A stretch of DNA of 63,859 nucleotides, counting the filler, from Atractiella rhizophila (taxonomy: Eukaryota): assembly GCA_021432655.1 (NCBI GenBank). It is 9 parts of 9 records of this genome, joined end to end, with 100 filler letters (N's around TTAATTAATTAA, not from the genome) between each part and the next. Parts side by side here need not be neighbours in the genome. Positions count along the whole stretch, not along the records: positions 24,872 to 33,015 come from MU272167.1; positions 33,116 to 41,257 come from MU272168.1; positions 41,358 to 49,475 come from MU272169.1; 6 more parts are not named here. One strand, 5' to 3'. Positions 33,013 through 45,862 of the stretch are shown here, piece after piece. The notes beneath the pieces were generated by a model. It made no database searches. It was not told the DNA's origin and was given only the letters and a program-made list of their open reading frames with translations. Within the stretch, counting starts at the first letter, position 1. The number at the start of each line of letters is the position of its first letter. The translations under genes and the position numbers were made by a program.

Positions 33013-35013
33013 TGGNNNNNNNNNNNNNNNNNNNNNNNNNNNNNNNNNNNNNNNNNNNNTTAATTAATTAANNNNNNNNNNNNNNNNNNNNNNNNNNNNN
33101 NNNNNNNNNNNNNNNTTTGCGGATTTTGCGCACCCTTGTCTCCTCCCTACAATCCACTCAAACAGGTTACCGTCCAACGAGTTGTTGACTGACCACAGCA
33201 ACATTTCGGGACATGATTGGATAGACCTTACACTTGAATTGGGGCAAGAGAGATTTGGGATATTGTGTATATTTTTGCAGAAAATCACTATTCTGTACAA
33301 CACCATATTTTTCTTAATAACTTACAGAGATGTGCAGTAATCATCTTAGCGTTTATAAGTGAAATGTGCGTATGGGTGAGGAGAATCTGAATCCAGAATT
33401 TCTAAGAGATTGGTACAGTTTTGGGAGACTTTAATATGTAGTGTTAAAAATCCTGATCTCGTTAAAGTTCCTGATCCCACACAGGTATCGCGCGGGGTCT
33501 CTGAAGCCGCAAGCGCTCTGCACCACGAGGCGGCACCAGAGAAGTGGAGTCAAGACTCGGTAGGCCTGGATTCCTTTTTGCCTCGTCGGGCTGATTGGAT
33601 GTGAGGTTGAGCCCCTTGTCCTTCTAATAGATGAAGAAGATTTCTGAGTTTTCGAAGCCATCTTGGATAGACGTAGACGCCTTCGCCTCTGAAGGAGTTG
33701 AAGGAAATCTACTTTGTACCGATATTTATCGCAAAGCTTTACGTAAAGCCTATTGAGTGAGATTGAGGTAGTTTTTGAAGTCAGTTGATGTTTTGAGGGA
33801 GAGAGTTCCTCATCTCCTCTTCTCCAATTGGTACTAATCTTTCGTTCGGACGGCCCACCAACACTTTCACCTGCCTGGACAACACACCCCACTGAGTCGG
33901 ATCCATGAAACGTTAAAGAGCATCAATTGGTCAACTGAAGATAGGACCCTTTCCTGTCGATCAAGACGCCCGAACTAGAGGATGCTTCAATTACATAAAG
34001 GTCCATGGCTGAGGAGAGGATGGATTGAGATCGACTTTGCCACAGCAACCACAGTCCATCAAAGTAACACAGACAGATCAGAGCTTAAGCATAAATGCAG
34101 CATATAAAAGAGCTACGTCGCTTCAGCTCTACCGACCCCTACTTATCTCGTAAATCAGTCTCCAATGGATCAAGGCTGTTTAGAAGTTATAGGAAATTCA
34201 GTGAGGAGCAACTGTTGATTCTATTGTTAGGGCTGAATAGAATGAAATTACAATGGGGTGAAGAACAGCTTTATATACTTCAAGACAGGTGGCAAAATGA
34301 GGAATCACAGTAAGTCTAGAATATTCACGAATAAGTGCGCCGCACCGTGGCAATGGACTTGCTCAAATCCTGACAGCAACCAAAGGTCAGTTACATACAA
34401 CCTTACAAAGCACGGATTCTAATGATGAGAATGCATTTCAGCACAACCATAGAGGAAGACAGAGAACCAAATGTTTTCCCAATTCAAAACAAGCACTCCA
34501 TATAGCGCTTACACGACTAATGGACTGCTTTTGGCATTATCATAGAGAGAACAGTGTTGCTGATGCCGAAGGTACGTGGATTGCAAAGTCCAAGCTCTGG
34601 GTATTAAAGGAAATACAGTATCATGGAAAAAGGACCCGAAAACGACAATACCTGCATTGAAGGCGTTAGTTTCCTTACTTACAAACCGTCCAACAAGCCT
34701 AATGCAAAGCAAATGGCAAGAGGAGTGAATGTATGGAGGACAAAATTTGAGGAGGTTTGGCCTCCCGGGTCTTTCTTGGCGGAACAATTCTATTTAAGAA
34801 GGAATCCAGAGATGTATATTGTATGTGAATCGAGAGAAAAATCAGCATCTAGAATATTCTTCTGTTACCACCTATTCCCGTTATCTTGTTTCTTATGAGT
34901 CTATTGTTTCTTGAACATTCTAGAATACTTTCTTAACATGTATATAAAGCGTGTAAAGAATGAAGTAATCGTTATTTCCCGTTCTACAATAACACAACAG
35001 AACTGAGAAGAGG

Positions 35014-36200
35014 TTACTGTTGCTTCTGGCTGTGGCAAGCTTGTGTCACAGGAGACGGTAGTGTGCCATTGATCAGGGCCCCTCCTCTTGCGAAGATGAC
35101 AATGAATGTCGTCACGAGCCAAGCCCCAATGATCATCGCTAAGAAGCACACAACCCATTTGTTTCCTTCAAGATGCTCAATCGTGTACACATAGGCGACG
35201 ATAATGTGGAATGACCAAAACAACATCCATGCTGCAACTTCTCCAGGATTGCGTATGTTGCCTAGGACTAACAAGGACCTCAGTCAAACCTTGAGCACAA
35301 GGAAAAGTGATAGCTCATACAAGCATGAGATCGTAAGCCAATATCGACCCAAACTACACCGATAAATGATAACGAGGAGCAAGAAGGCGATCCAGAGCCC
35401 GAGGAACCTTTGTGGGTCTTCTGCCATCCGGCAAGCGAGAAACAACCCCACCATCGTCACAAGGATGGGAAGGTAGGCTTCGCCTATTGGCTCCCGCCAT
35501 CGATAGCAGTCTGGCATGCCTTGCTTAATATGTCGATTAATTGTCGCTCGAGGAGTTTGGCCTGCGGACCCATAAGCTTGAACCATATTCGATAAAAAGA
35601 ACTTACTTGGACTTCTGAAAAACTGTCGTTGACAACTTCTGTTTCTTGTGCGGTTGGAGGATTGATCGACTTATCGACAGAACTGGGAATACTGTTATTC
35701 GCACTGACCCCGAGTTTGCTACCAAGACCGACGGTTAGTCCTTATTGAGCCCACGAACACAACTGATGAATAAGTAAGGCTCCTAGCAAACCAGCATATC
35801 CTGCAAAGCAACAAACCGAAACATTGAGAACAAACGAAGCTTTGGAGGCCGAAGGTTGAAAAGAGAGCCCTTGAGAACTCCAATCATCCCACATCTCATC
35901 AACATGTCCCCTTAGCCTTACCGCCAGAGGCAGCTTTCTCTTGATTGTTTTGATGGCAATCGAGGCAGAAGGAGAGCCTTGACAGATGTTCTCCCTGGGA
36001 TCATCTACATTGTGCTGGGACTTGCAGATGGTGTTGATCGACAGAGCTTCCCAACAGCAGCTTAGACCTTGATTGTCCTGGTGGCAATCGGCGGCTCAAA
36101 GAAGCCTGGACCCCCATCCACCATCTCGCGTTGACACACCAGATCAAGTCCGATTAAGATATCATTACTCAAATTGGATTTCGAGAGCAGACTCACCCAT
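35014..36200 (-). pseudogene. Lineage-specific multi-transmembrane gene with an in-frame stop
   Basis: ATG-G/GTGAGT at ~36200; hydrophobic ORFs 35284-35586 and 35014-35274 lie in the same frame, separated by one TGA. Confidence 0.35.
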
Positions 36201-36789
36201 GCCACTTGGCACCGTTTAGGGGCCCTTCAATTTATTCTTGGTAGGTTTTAGCGATCCTCCATTTTATTGAGGAGTCGGAGTTGGTCGGCATTAAAACTGC
36301 AAAAGCCGTTGAAAAGTTTTGGACCGGAATGTCGCAAAACCAAAGCGCAATACAGTATTGAGCAAGTGCACTTGGGAGGGCAAAATCGTTCGTGCAAAAT
36401 GGTTGAGCACTGTAGTATTGAGAACGTTTGCAGCCAAAAGCTGACGTCAAAACGGACCACTTTATCACCGTCCGCGATCACTCTGTGTCCGCTGATTTAC
36501 AAACCGCCGGACATTGTTTGAACTACCACTCCTCGCCGATCTCGTCAGTTATTTCGGCAAACTGGTCGCCCCAAGGGTTTTGCGAAAGCGGCCAGAGGCC
36601 ACCAGCGAAAAATGGTTTTGCGCTTAAATTTTAAGAAAATTTGCTACCAAAAAGAAGGTCAAAACTAGTCAACCAGTTATATATCGCCGACCAACTCCGA
36701 CCCCTTGGGCGACAAGTCTGCTCATTCCACCATCTTATTTAATGCAGCCAGCCTGAGCCTTCTGTCTGGGGGGTTTGATTTAGGACCAA

Positions 36790-37372
36790 TTTCCAAAGCG
36801 AAATTTCTTCCCATCGAATTGGTGCGACATGCATTATCCTTTCTCACTGCCTGCAAACGAGCTCGTACCAGCCTCTCTTGCTTGCAGAGCGTGGAATCGA
36901 TGCGCCGAATCTTTACCGTATTCCTCCCTTCTCCTCAGCACCTTCATAAAAACAACAAAGCTCGCTAATACCTTAGAACACAGGATTGATCTTTCACATT
37001 GGGTATCTTCCATTTCATTAGTTCTCAGACATTTAGATGAGTTGGGCCTAGCTCATCTGGAAAGATGGGAGAAGGTGTTGGCCATCTGCCCTAATGTCCG
37101 AACCATGCATTTTAAGCGAGGAGTCGAACATGACATATGTGTCAAACTCATGCAGCCTTTCTCACAAATTCTGCTCGTAGTCTCTCTGGACGAAACTGGG
37201 TCCCAGCGTCAAACAGAATTTATTGTTGGAACTAATCTTTTGGTCTACTGTCTTGGCCTCCCGAATCTCCAAAAGCTTTCAGCCACAAGGATTAAGCTTC
37301 CTGCTTCTCTCTCTCATGTGCCAATAGCTCCTCTGCAGCGCCTTACTTGGGTTGACTACTACTAACAGTACT
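36790..37372 (+). pseudogene. Frameshifted F-box/LRR-like gene
   Basis: LPIELVRHALSFL in one frame continues as ELVPASLACRAWNRCAESLPY...ICPNVRTMHF...LPNLQKLS in another; ends at the tandem repeat. Confidence 0.55.
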
Positions 37373-37374
37373 TT

Positions 37375-37560
37375 AGGGTTCAACCCTGCCTCTTTCAGGA
37401 ATGAGATCCAGGCTGAATCCTTGCCTCCTGGCTGCCCAGGGTACAACCCTACCTCAGTCAGGAACAAGATCCTGGCTACATCCTTGCCTCTTAGGCACCC
37501 AGGGTACGACCCTGATGGTGTCGGAAACAGGATCCTGCCTACATCCTTGCCTCTTAGGCA
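37375..37560 (+). repeat. 63-bp tandem repeat, about 3 copies
   Basis: Units start at 37375, 37438 and 37501 (AGGGTWC.ACCCT...ATCCTTGCCTC). Confidence 0.9.
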
Positions 37561-37679
37561 CATGTCAGGTTTGCATCTTACGCAAATCGGCGCCCGTTCG
37601 CCGGATTGCATCTCCTATCGCCCATTTGCGTTCCCTGCGAATCGGCGCCCGTTCACCACTCTGCGTCTCCCGTCACCTA

Positions 37680-38600
37680 TGATGGCTAGGGCCTTGGTGT
37701 CGGAGCAATCAATCATGAACCATGTAATCTTCTCCTTCCATGCAGGCAAAGCTTCCATAAGCTTTCGAAGCCATAACTCTACTGGGTAGTGTTCTTCTGA
37801 AGCTATAAACATCCAAGCCACAGATACTCCTCTTCCATCAATTATTGCCTTTGACATCTTCTTTGAGCCCGTACCCATCAGGCAGTTAGGAAGATTCAGT
37901 GACTAAAAGTGCGGCAAAAGCGGCCTCAAAAGTCCAGAAGAACTGGAATAAGGAGCTACGAAAGAAAGGCGTTCAGAAATTTATGATGGCTATGAAGATT
38001 GAAGGAGAACATGAATTTGAGATGAAATGGGCGGAGATGGTTGCAGAGTGGGGTCAAACGTCAAAGGAATGGGTGAAGTACCTTGTAATGGAGTGGTACA
38101 GCACCAAGGAACGATGCGCGAAGCCCTGGAGGAAGACTCAAACCTACCACATAGATTTCGATATAGTTGTTCGTGTCAATCATCGTCATCTCAAGGTCAA
38201 TTACCTCCGCTTTCGTCGCAAACAACGAATGGATCATAAGTCCTTGTTGATGAAGTGCACCCCAACTACTTCCAACAAGTCCTCAAGTTGCAATATGGCT
38301 TTGAGAAGCATCACCGTGTGATAAAGCCGAACAGCATGCCTATAATGCCGCCTTTGGGTTGAATGACATTGAGGCAGCGACACTGCTCGAAGGTGTCGAA
38401 GGGAGCGGCTATGAAGACCTGCGAATCCGCTTATTCAACAACCCCAAAACCTCGTATGCAATCACGTTCAATGCCCAGCAAGAGCTTAGAACACGGCAGC
38501 TGTCCCTACTTTTGAGAGGACGGCGCAGTGTGCAAGCATCTCTACCTTGCTGATCGGCTCACGAAGCGTTCTATCCGCTTTCCCAATACCCAAATCATGC
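37680..38600. mobile_element. Decayed MULE (Mutator-like) transposase with SWIM zinc finger
   Basis: Minus: GRGVSVAWMF...WFMIDCSDTKALAI; plus: EFEMKWAEM..YLVMEW...HRHLKVNYL...SCPYF...CKHLY, with frameshifts. Confidence 0.7.
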
Positions 38601-39489
38601 TCTCTCCTTCCCACAATAACAAGACAAAGTCATTAATTGACCAAGATGCGATGGATTCAGAAGCCCTGGACACAGAAAACGAGAAAGGGACAGATTGTTG
38701 AGGGAAATGGATGTTCTAATGCACAGGAAAGACACTTTGCTCAACTGACTGATGATCTCCTGTCTTTAGATGACGGAGTTCTAGCCAATGCTTGTGTGCA
38801 GCTCCATTCCATCAATGGTGGCCTGCTGAAACTAGATTGGAGCAAGAAGAAGAAGTAGGAAAGCATTTAGCGAAGTGAAGTTTGAAATACTATGCCATAA
38901 TGAGTGGTAATGGGAGGGATTGTCATTCCAGCAGTATATGAAAAGAGGACACAGAGCATACCAATAGAGCCTTCATGAACCCTTTATGAAAAGCAAGCAA
39001 ATACTTGCCGTCAACATGGCACTCCCTCTCTTATGATCTTTGTCACATAACATTAAACATATGAATACGAAGGGAGCGGGAGAATGAAGGCGGGTTGGGA
39101 AGGATGAGCGGACCGTTCGTGGGGAGGTCGTGTGCAGCTCCAGTTGAACGGGAACATTGGTGTAGGACCCTGATCACGATGAGATTGGGTGGAATGAGAT
39201 GGATATGGAGAACATTGCGACAAGGACAAGGACATTGACCATGTCCAACCACGTTTGGTCGTAACCGTTGAGATGAGTGGGACAAAATAATTTTTCATCC
39301 AGTACCTTGTGTATGCACCAACCAACATGGGGGTGGGGTGTGGGCTTTGGAGCTAAGCGCTAAGACAGAGGACTGGGTGGCATGTAATGACAACATAAAA
39401 GCGTATAGTAAAGGTCTGTTACTTGTCTCCAAGTCATCAACTTTTCTGCTGGGCTCTGTAACGGTACATATTTAATCATCATCCAACTG

Positions 39490-40043
39490 ATCTCTCACCA
39501 TCATCGAGCTCACAATTGTCACAGGTGCATTTGCAGGCAACTCAGTTCTCATTCTACACATTGTTTTGGATAGCATAGACTCCAATTCATTTCCCTTTGT
39601 TATATGTTGGTTTCAATTCCCGATCAAATTAGCATTCTGCCTCACTATCAACAAGTCACACGGTCAGTCAGTTGAGACTGTCGGCCTATACTTGAATACC
39701 CCTATGTTTGCTCATGCACAACTTTATGTCGGACTGTCAAGAGCTTCGAATGTGAAGAATCTTAGAGTTGTATTTACATCAAGTGGAAGGGACTGATAAT
39801 AAGAAATCTGAGAATGTAGTATTTCGAGAAGTTTTGAAGCTACAAGATTTATGCAAATAGACTGACAATACTCTTCACGCTTGACAATTGCAGGCAGGAC
39901 AAGTGTAACTCTGATCTCGCTGAAGGCAAGGCCCCACACAGTGGCTGTCAGAGGCAAGAGCTCCACACAGTGGCCGCCGGAGGCTTGGGTCCAAGGGGCA
40001 AAACCGCAGGGTGGATGCCTGAGGGCGGCACTAACAAACTTGT
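39490..40043 (+). mobile_element. Helitron 3' fragment (Pif1-like helicase C-terminus and possible terminus)
   Basis: QFPIKLAFCLTINKSHGQSVETVGLYLNTPMFAHAQLYVGLSRA, ENVVFREVL; GC-rich CCGC..GCGG hairpin before CTTGT at ~40039. Confidence 0.8.
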
Positions 40044-41859
40044 CTTCAACAAAACACAACGAAACCGAATATAACCAACTTGAATGAGCTCATCAAACCT
40101 GGCGAATCCTTCGTCGAGTGGCAGTGGCAGAAAGAGGGTTAGGGCGCTGGTCCGACGAACGCTGTCTGCAGCTATTCAGTGAACTCCACAAATGCTGTCA
40201 ATATAACTTGCCGGAGATTTCAATTTCAACCTGCGCCTTGGACCTTTGGTTTTTGCTTCCCAGATCCAGCCACTCCCTCACGTTCAAGCCTCCACCGTCT
40301 GGCTATCATCCCACCAATTTCACGTCCTCCCACCTTCTCAGTACCCTTCTTCCCACTATGATCCTTGGGACCATGTTTTCCTTTGTCAACCAACTCGGTC
40401 CCTCTCCTCCTCCCTGCTTGGCATCCCTATGTCTCAGCCCCTCCTTGACAACATTGAGCTTCCAAATCCTTGTCCTCAGATCATTCCTGACCCTGGTCTC
40501 CTCTGTCCCAGATTGGGAACCTAGACAAGCTTGATATGGTTCATTATGTGAGGACAGCATATGGGGACCTTTCTGCTACTGTTGAAGCAGTGCTAAATGA
40601 GATCTGGGGTCTGGTTTGGCAGCTGGCTGAGGAAGGTGACACCATGGGTTTTCAGTATCTTGTTGACTTCGCAAATGAAGTGATCTTCACCACCCTCAAT
40701 ATAGTTGGCAATAGGACTCTTGGCTCTTGCCACGCCTTGGACATCCAGTCCTCCCTGATCATTGCCTTCAGATGATCAGTCAGTTGCCCCCATCCCAATC
40801 CTCACATCACCTGCCTCTTCAAGAAATCTCGCCACTCAAATTCAAGAGCGATCAGGCAGAGGATGAAGCCACTGCTGGTTTCTTTACGCTTGGTGGGCAA
40901 CTTGCTTCTCTCTTTCGTCTTATTTGCGTCCCTTGCTGCTCTCCCCGGCATTGGGGAGATCAGCTTGTCCCCCTTGTCCCAAAACCTCACGCGAAAGTTC
41001 CTACTGCACAATCTAGCCATCATATCTCTCTCCTCGTTATCCTCCATCACTACTTTGAGATCGGTCTTCTACCAGAACTAGTGGAGCTTCTGCCACCCTC
41101 CCCAGGGTGGCTTCCGCTATGGCCGCTCCTGCCTTACACACATTCTTATAGCTGATGTGATCACAATTGATAGGCCAGGGACCATCGCCTGCTACCTCGA
41201 CTTCCCCACATGCCTTCCCTTCTATTTGTATTCCCCTTCTACTCCAGGTCAGGTCCTNNNNNNNNNNNNNNNNNNNNNNNNNNNNNNNNNNNNNNNNNNN
41301 NTTAATTAATTAANNNNNNNNNNNNNNNNNNNNNNNNNNNNNNNNNNNNNNNNNNNNTATACGCACCGCCGTCATGCAGGTTTCCTTCACCCTGAAATGA
41401 AGAAAGCACGCACTACTGAGTTGCTTTCGCCGTCGAATCTTTGGGTAAAATCCTCGAAGTCCTCCAATGTCTCGACTATCAAAGAGCAATATCTACCAGC
41501 TGGCTAGACAACGTAGCCACCTGAACAATTCCACCGAATGAATCCAGCCTCGGATGCTGATTAGCTGGGTGACGAGGGTCGGTCGAAAGGACGGCCGCTT
41601 TCTTTTCCTCTTGGTCGCTTGTGCCCTGGCTTGTCGAGGCTGGGGCAAGGGCAAGGGCGAGCGAGTTGGAGGTGATATCGAAGAATGGTCGTTTCGTCGC
41701 TTCGGTCGGCACCGAAGGTGGAAAGTGGCGCAGTCACATGCATCGATTCTTCGACCAAGACGCCTCACTCGACAGCAGCCAGCACTGAGCCACCACGCCA
41801 ACGACGCGGAATAGCTAGATTAAACGGTTAGACCGACGAAAGACTAAGAATCGATAGCA

Positions 41860-43324
41860 ATGGCAGACATCTTCGAACTGGACGGATGGGTGAATCAGCT
41901 CCTCCAGTGCAAGCAGCTCTCAGAGAACGACGTCAAGAAACTATGCGATAAGGTCCGTTCTCCTTCTCCTCATCTCCCTCATGCCGCCATCTCGAACGAA
42001 GTCTTATCATTCGGTGTGTGGTGTGCTCGCTTTGTCCGCGGCTGGATGGTTCACGTCGTGCCTGGGCGTATGGATCGGATGGGGATGAAAGGCGCGCGAG
42101 ATATTGATGGAGGAGTCGAATGTTCAACCGGTCAAGTGTCCTGTCACCGTCTGTGGTGATATCCACGGTCAATTCGTGGGTCTCCTTGCACTCCGCTTGT
42201 GCAAAAAGGTATTGAAGTGGGAATACGTCCAGCACGACCTCTCGGAACTCTTCCGGATCGGCGGCAACTCTCCAGACACCAATTACCTCTTCATGGGCGA
42301 CTATGTCGACCGTGGCTACTACTCCGTCGAGACAGTTACCCTGCTCGTGACGCTCAAAGTGAGGTACAGGGAGAGGGTCACCATCTTGAGAGGCAACCAT
42401 GAATCTCGACAGATCACTCAAGTCTATGGATTCTACGACGAATGTCTGAGGAAATACGGAAACGCAAACGTTTGGAAATTCTTCACCGATCTCTTCGATT
42501 ATCTGCCCCTCACTGCCCTGATCGATGATCAGGTAGGCGTCCTTTCTCTCCCTAACCTTAATACTTTGCCTCCTTTCAAACCTAACGTCATCATCAGAAT
42601 ATTCTGTCTTCACGGCGGCCTCTCCCCCTCCATAGACACCCTCGACCACATCCGCTCCATCGAACGCATTCAAGAGGTCCCTCACGAAGGTCCGATGTGC
42701 GACCTCCTCTGGTCCGACCCCGACGATCGTTGTGGATGGGGTATCTCGCCCCGTGGCGCCGGATACACTTTTGGGCAGGACATCAGTGAAGCCTTCAACC
42801 ACAACAATGGCTTGACATTGGTGGCGAGGGCACATCAGGTGCGTTTATCCTTTCTCTGGCGACGGAGCGGTGTGGGATGAAGCTCCTTTCGTCCAATACG
42901 GATTATTCTTCCAGTATCCCCAAGCAGAGGATGGGATGACTGACAGATTGTTGTTGTGACAGCTCGTGATGGAGGGCTTCAACTGGTCGCACGAAAAGAA
43001 CGTGGTCACGATCTTCTCCGCCCCCAACTATTGCTACCGATGCGGCAACCAGGCGGCGATCATGGAGCTGGACGAGAAGCTCCAATACACCTTGTCAGTC
43101 CTCCCTCGTTTATTCCCCTCATCCCTATCCCCCCCTCTCCCCTTTACCCGATCTCGGTCTTGGTGACTGATCCCATCTGCGATCGACAGCCTCCAGTTTG
43201 ACCCTGCACCGAGGACCGGGGAACCGTTGGTCTCGCGGAGAGTACCGGACGTGAGTTCATCCCTTCCTTCTTGTCTCCTTGATGGGATGGGAAATTGATT
43301 GATTGGGTACAGTATTTCCTCTAA
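41860..43324 (+). CDS. PPH21: Protein phosphatase 2A catalytic subunit, multi-exon
   Basis: [48 protein letters not shown]-terminal RRVPD-YFL*. Confidence 0.97.
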
Positions 43325-44051
43325 TAGTCGTCCCTAATTTCCCTTCGGCCATCCTCCTTGTCACGCTGTCACCTCATTGAACACATCACTACCTCCCGAT
43401 TTCCGATCACAATCCGTCCCCGAAAAGAAAATAAAACGACGAACAAAATCCGTACTGCCGATCGAGCACAAGAAGAAGAAAAAAGAAGGAATAAATTCAC
43501 TGTTTGAAGCAGAAGAAGAAGTATTGATTGGTTGGTTGGCATCGAATCTTTCAAGTCTAATCGAGTACAATCTCAAAGAAGAGGAACATTTCAAGTCTGA
43601 GTCTGATGATGTTGGATGTACATGTGCCTCGGTTTCTGTTCCAAGTTCGTCCCCTTACTACTACTATATTCTTTACTCTGTAGACTCTTTCCTTCTTCCC
43701 TTCCCTTCCCCCCTTTTTTATATTTCCCTCTCTCGACAATTTTGTTGGTGTGCGTACCCTTGGTCAATGAACTGGCTTTTGAACCAGGATGTGAGGCATT
43801 GGACTATAGATATTCACATTTGCGACATCAGCATGAATCTTAACGATCTCAACAGGTATGGTATTCACTCAAATTCAGATCGGATAGATGGATAGGATAA
43901 ATCCCTGGTCAAAAAATGGGGCACGTGCAAAGTACTGATGCCGGAAGCAAACTCTCGAGGAGGGAACTTTCCAGAGTTCGCGTCGTCTGTGTGCAGAAGA
44001 ACGACCAACACCTAACCCTCACTCTTCCCATCCGCTACATATCCTTTCTAA

Positions 44052-45093
44052 ATGTCAGCCACTCCCACCGCCCAGCCCGAAGTGCTCTGGGCACAGCGAT
44101 CGAGGCAGGTCATTTTCTGGTCCCTCGTCAAATGAACAACTTTTATTGATGTTCGATGTGGTGGCTCGCAGCGATGTGGACGCTAACAGGAACGTCATCT
44201 GGCTCACCATCTCCGTACCTGACCTGGATCCGAGTTCTGTCAAGGTGGAATGGACGAATCCTTCCCATCTCAGATTCGAAGGCACTTCGAACCCTCCGCA
44301 CATGCAGAAAGGCTCGACAGCTTCTCAGGTCGAGAAGAAACACTTTGTGTTCGATTACGACCTCTTTGGAGAGGTGGAGGAAGTGACAGAAAAGAGGAGG
44401 CTGACAAATAAGAGCTTGATTTTGACGGTTAAGAAGAAGGAGCTGACGGAGGAGTATTGGCCAAGGTTGATCAAGGAGAAGAAGAAGGTTCAAACCATCA
44501 AGTACGCTTCTTTCTCGTGTTGTTCTTAGACCGGGGTGGAGTGTTCATCATCCTTTTTCACGGACAGAACCGATTTTTCCAAGGTATACGGGTTATTATA
44601 CTCTTGACCATGTTGCTGAAAGTCCAAGTGTAGTGGAAGGATCAAGATGAGCAGAACGATGAAGAGGAGCCGGAAGAGGACGTGGGAGGCATGGGAGGTA
44701 TGGGAGGCATGCCTGGAATGGGAGGAGGCGGAGATATGGGAGGCATGAATCGTACGTCGTTTAGCTATCTTCCAACTCGCGAGCCTTACCAATTTTCTCA
44801 TCAGCGGAAGACATGGCAAGTACGTTTATACTTTGATCTCCCTCTGCTACGACCATAATAATGTCTGGGGCATGTAGAAATGATGGAACAGTTCAAGGCT
44901 GGAGGAGGTGTTGGAGGAGATGCTGATTTCGGAGACGATTCGGATGAGGAATTTGAGGACGATGAAGAAGATGAAGAAGGAGAGGGTAAGGAGAAGAAGA
45001 AGGATGACGATGCCGATCTTCCCCCTCTAGAAGTTCGTCCTTATTCCTCCTCTCCCTCCCCTTGTCCGCTTACTTCTATTTTCGCAACAGTGA
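44052..45093 (+). CDS. SBA1: Hsp90 co-chaperone p23 (Sba1/Wos2), multi-exon
   Basis: PEVLWAQRS, IWLTISVPD, EYWPRLIKEK, TDFSK-WKDQDEQ, GGM-rich and acidic tail. Confidence 0.92.
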
Positions 45094-45862
45094 CACCTTA
45101 CATGATCGAGGACTTGCTTGGATCGAACGCTCTTGAAACTCGCCTTACACCGTCTGTTGTGTAGCTATCGACAAGAAATAGCGAAAATAAAATGTCCCAT
45201 TTATTGTTACATCAGCTCACATCCTTCAAGTCGCATGCTCGGATTCATCTCTCCATCGGGAGCCTGATCAAAAGTAGCTGAATTACGCAACCGTCCATTC
45301 AAACAGTCTCAATATCCGACGTCTATGTGTTTGAAAGAGAGCGATAAATATACGTAGGATAAGGTGTTGTCACAGGCACTGAATAAATGAAGCGGTACAG
45401 GATGTCGATGATGAGCCTGAGACGGGAGCTACAAAGGAAGTAAAGCAAGAACAGCAAAAAACGGCCGTGTGTTTCAACTTCTCGAGATTGTCCAATTCCA
45501 CGAGAATGAGGCGGAAGATTAGGGAGCAAAGATGGGACACGAGTGTGTGCCGATATCATCTCTCTGAAAAACGATGATATGGACGATGTTGAAGGGTCGT
45601 TGATGGGGGCAGGGAAGAATATGAAGGAGCGTAGACGGTGAGAAAGAAATGTGTGATTTGAAGGTGGTGACGGCCGAACTTGGAGAAAGGAGAGTGTAAG
45701 TTAAAGAGAAGGTGAGCGCTGACGAGCTGTGGTCCATGGTGCGAGAAACATCTAAAACGGAAAGGGAACGAAGAACAGAGTCCCTTCGCACGTAGTCAGC
45801 ATTTCATTTCGACGGGCTGAGAGAATAAGAATGGCGCACAGGGATTCCTACAAGGAATGAGT

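Noticed and set aside
41358..41760. STDPRHPAN resembling the N-terminus of methylthioribulose-1-phosphate dehydratase (MDE1/APIP)
   Set aside because: The expected LIPELC..FY..GW..GTGG does not follow in any frame; probably the 5' end of a gene, left unassigned
41933..42835. 300-aa minus-strand ORF (and similar ones at 19529-20389, 24009-24539, 11001-12112)
   Set aside because: Antisense shadows of well-supported genes
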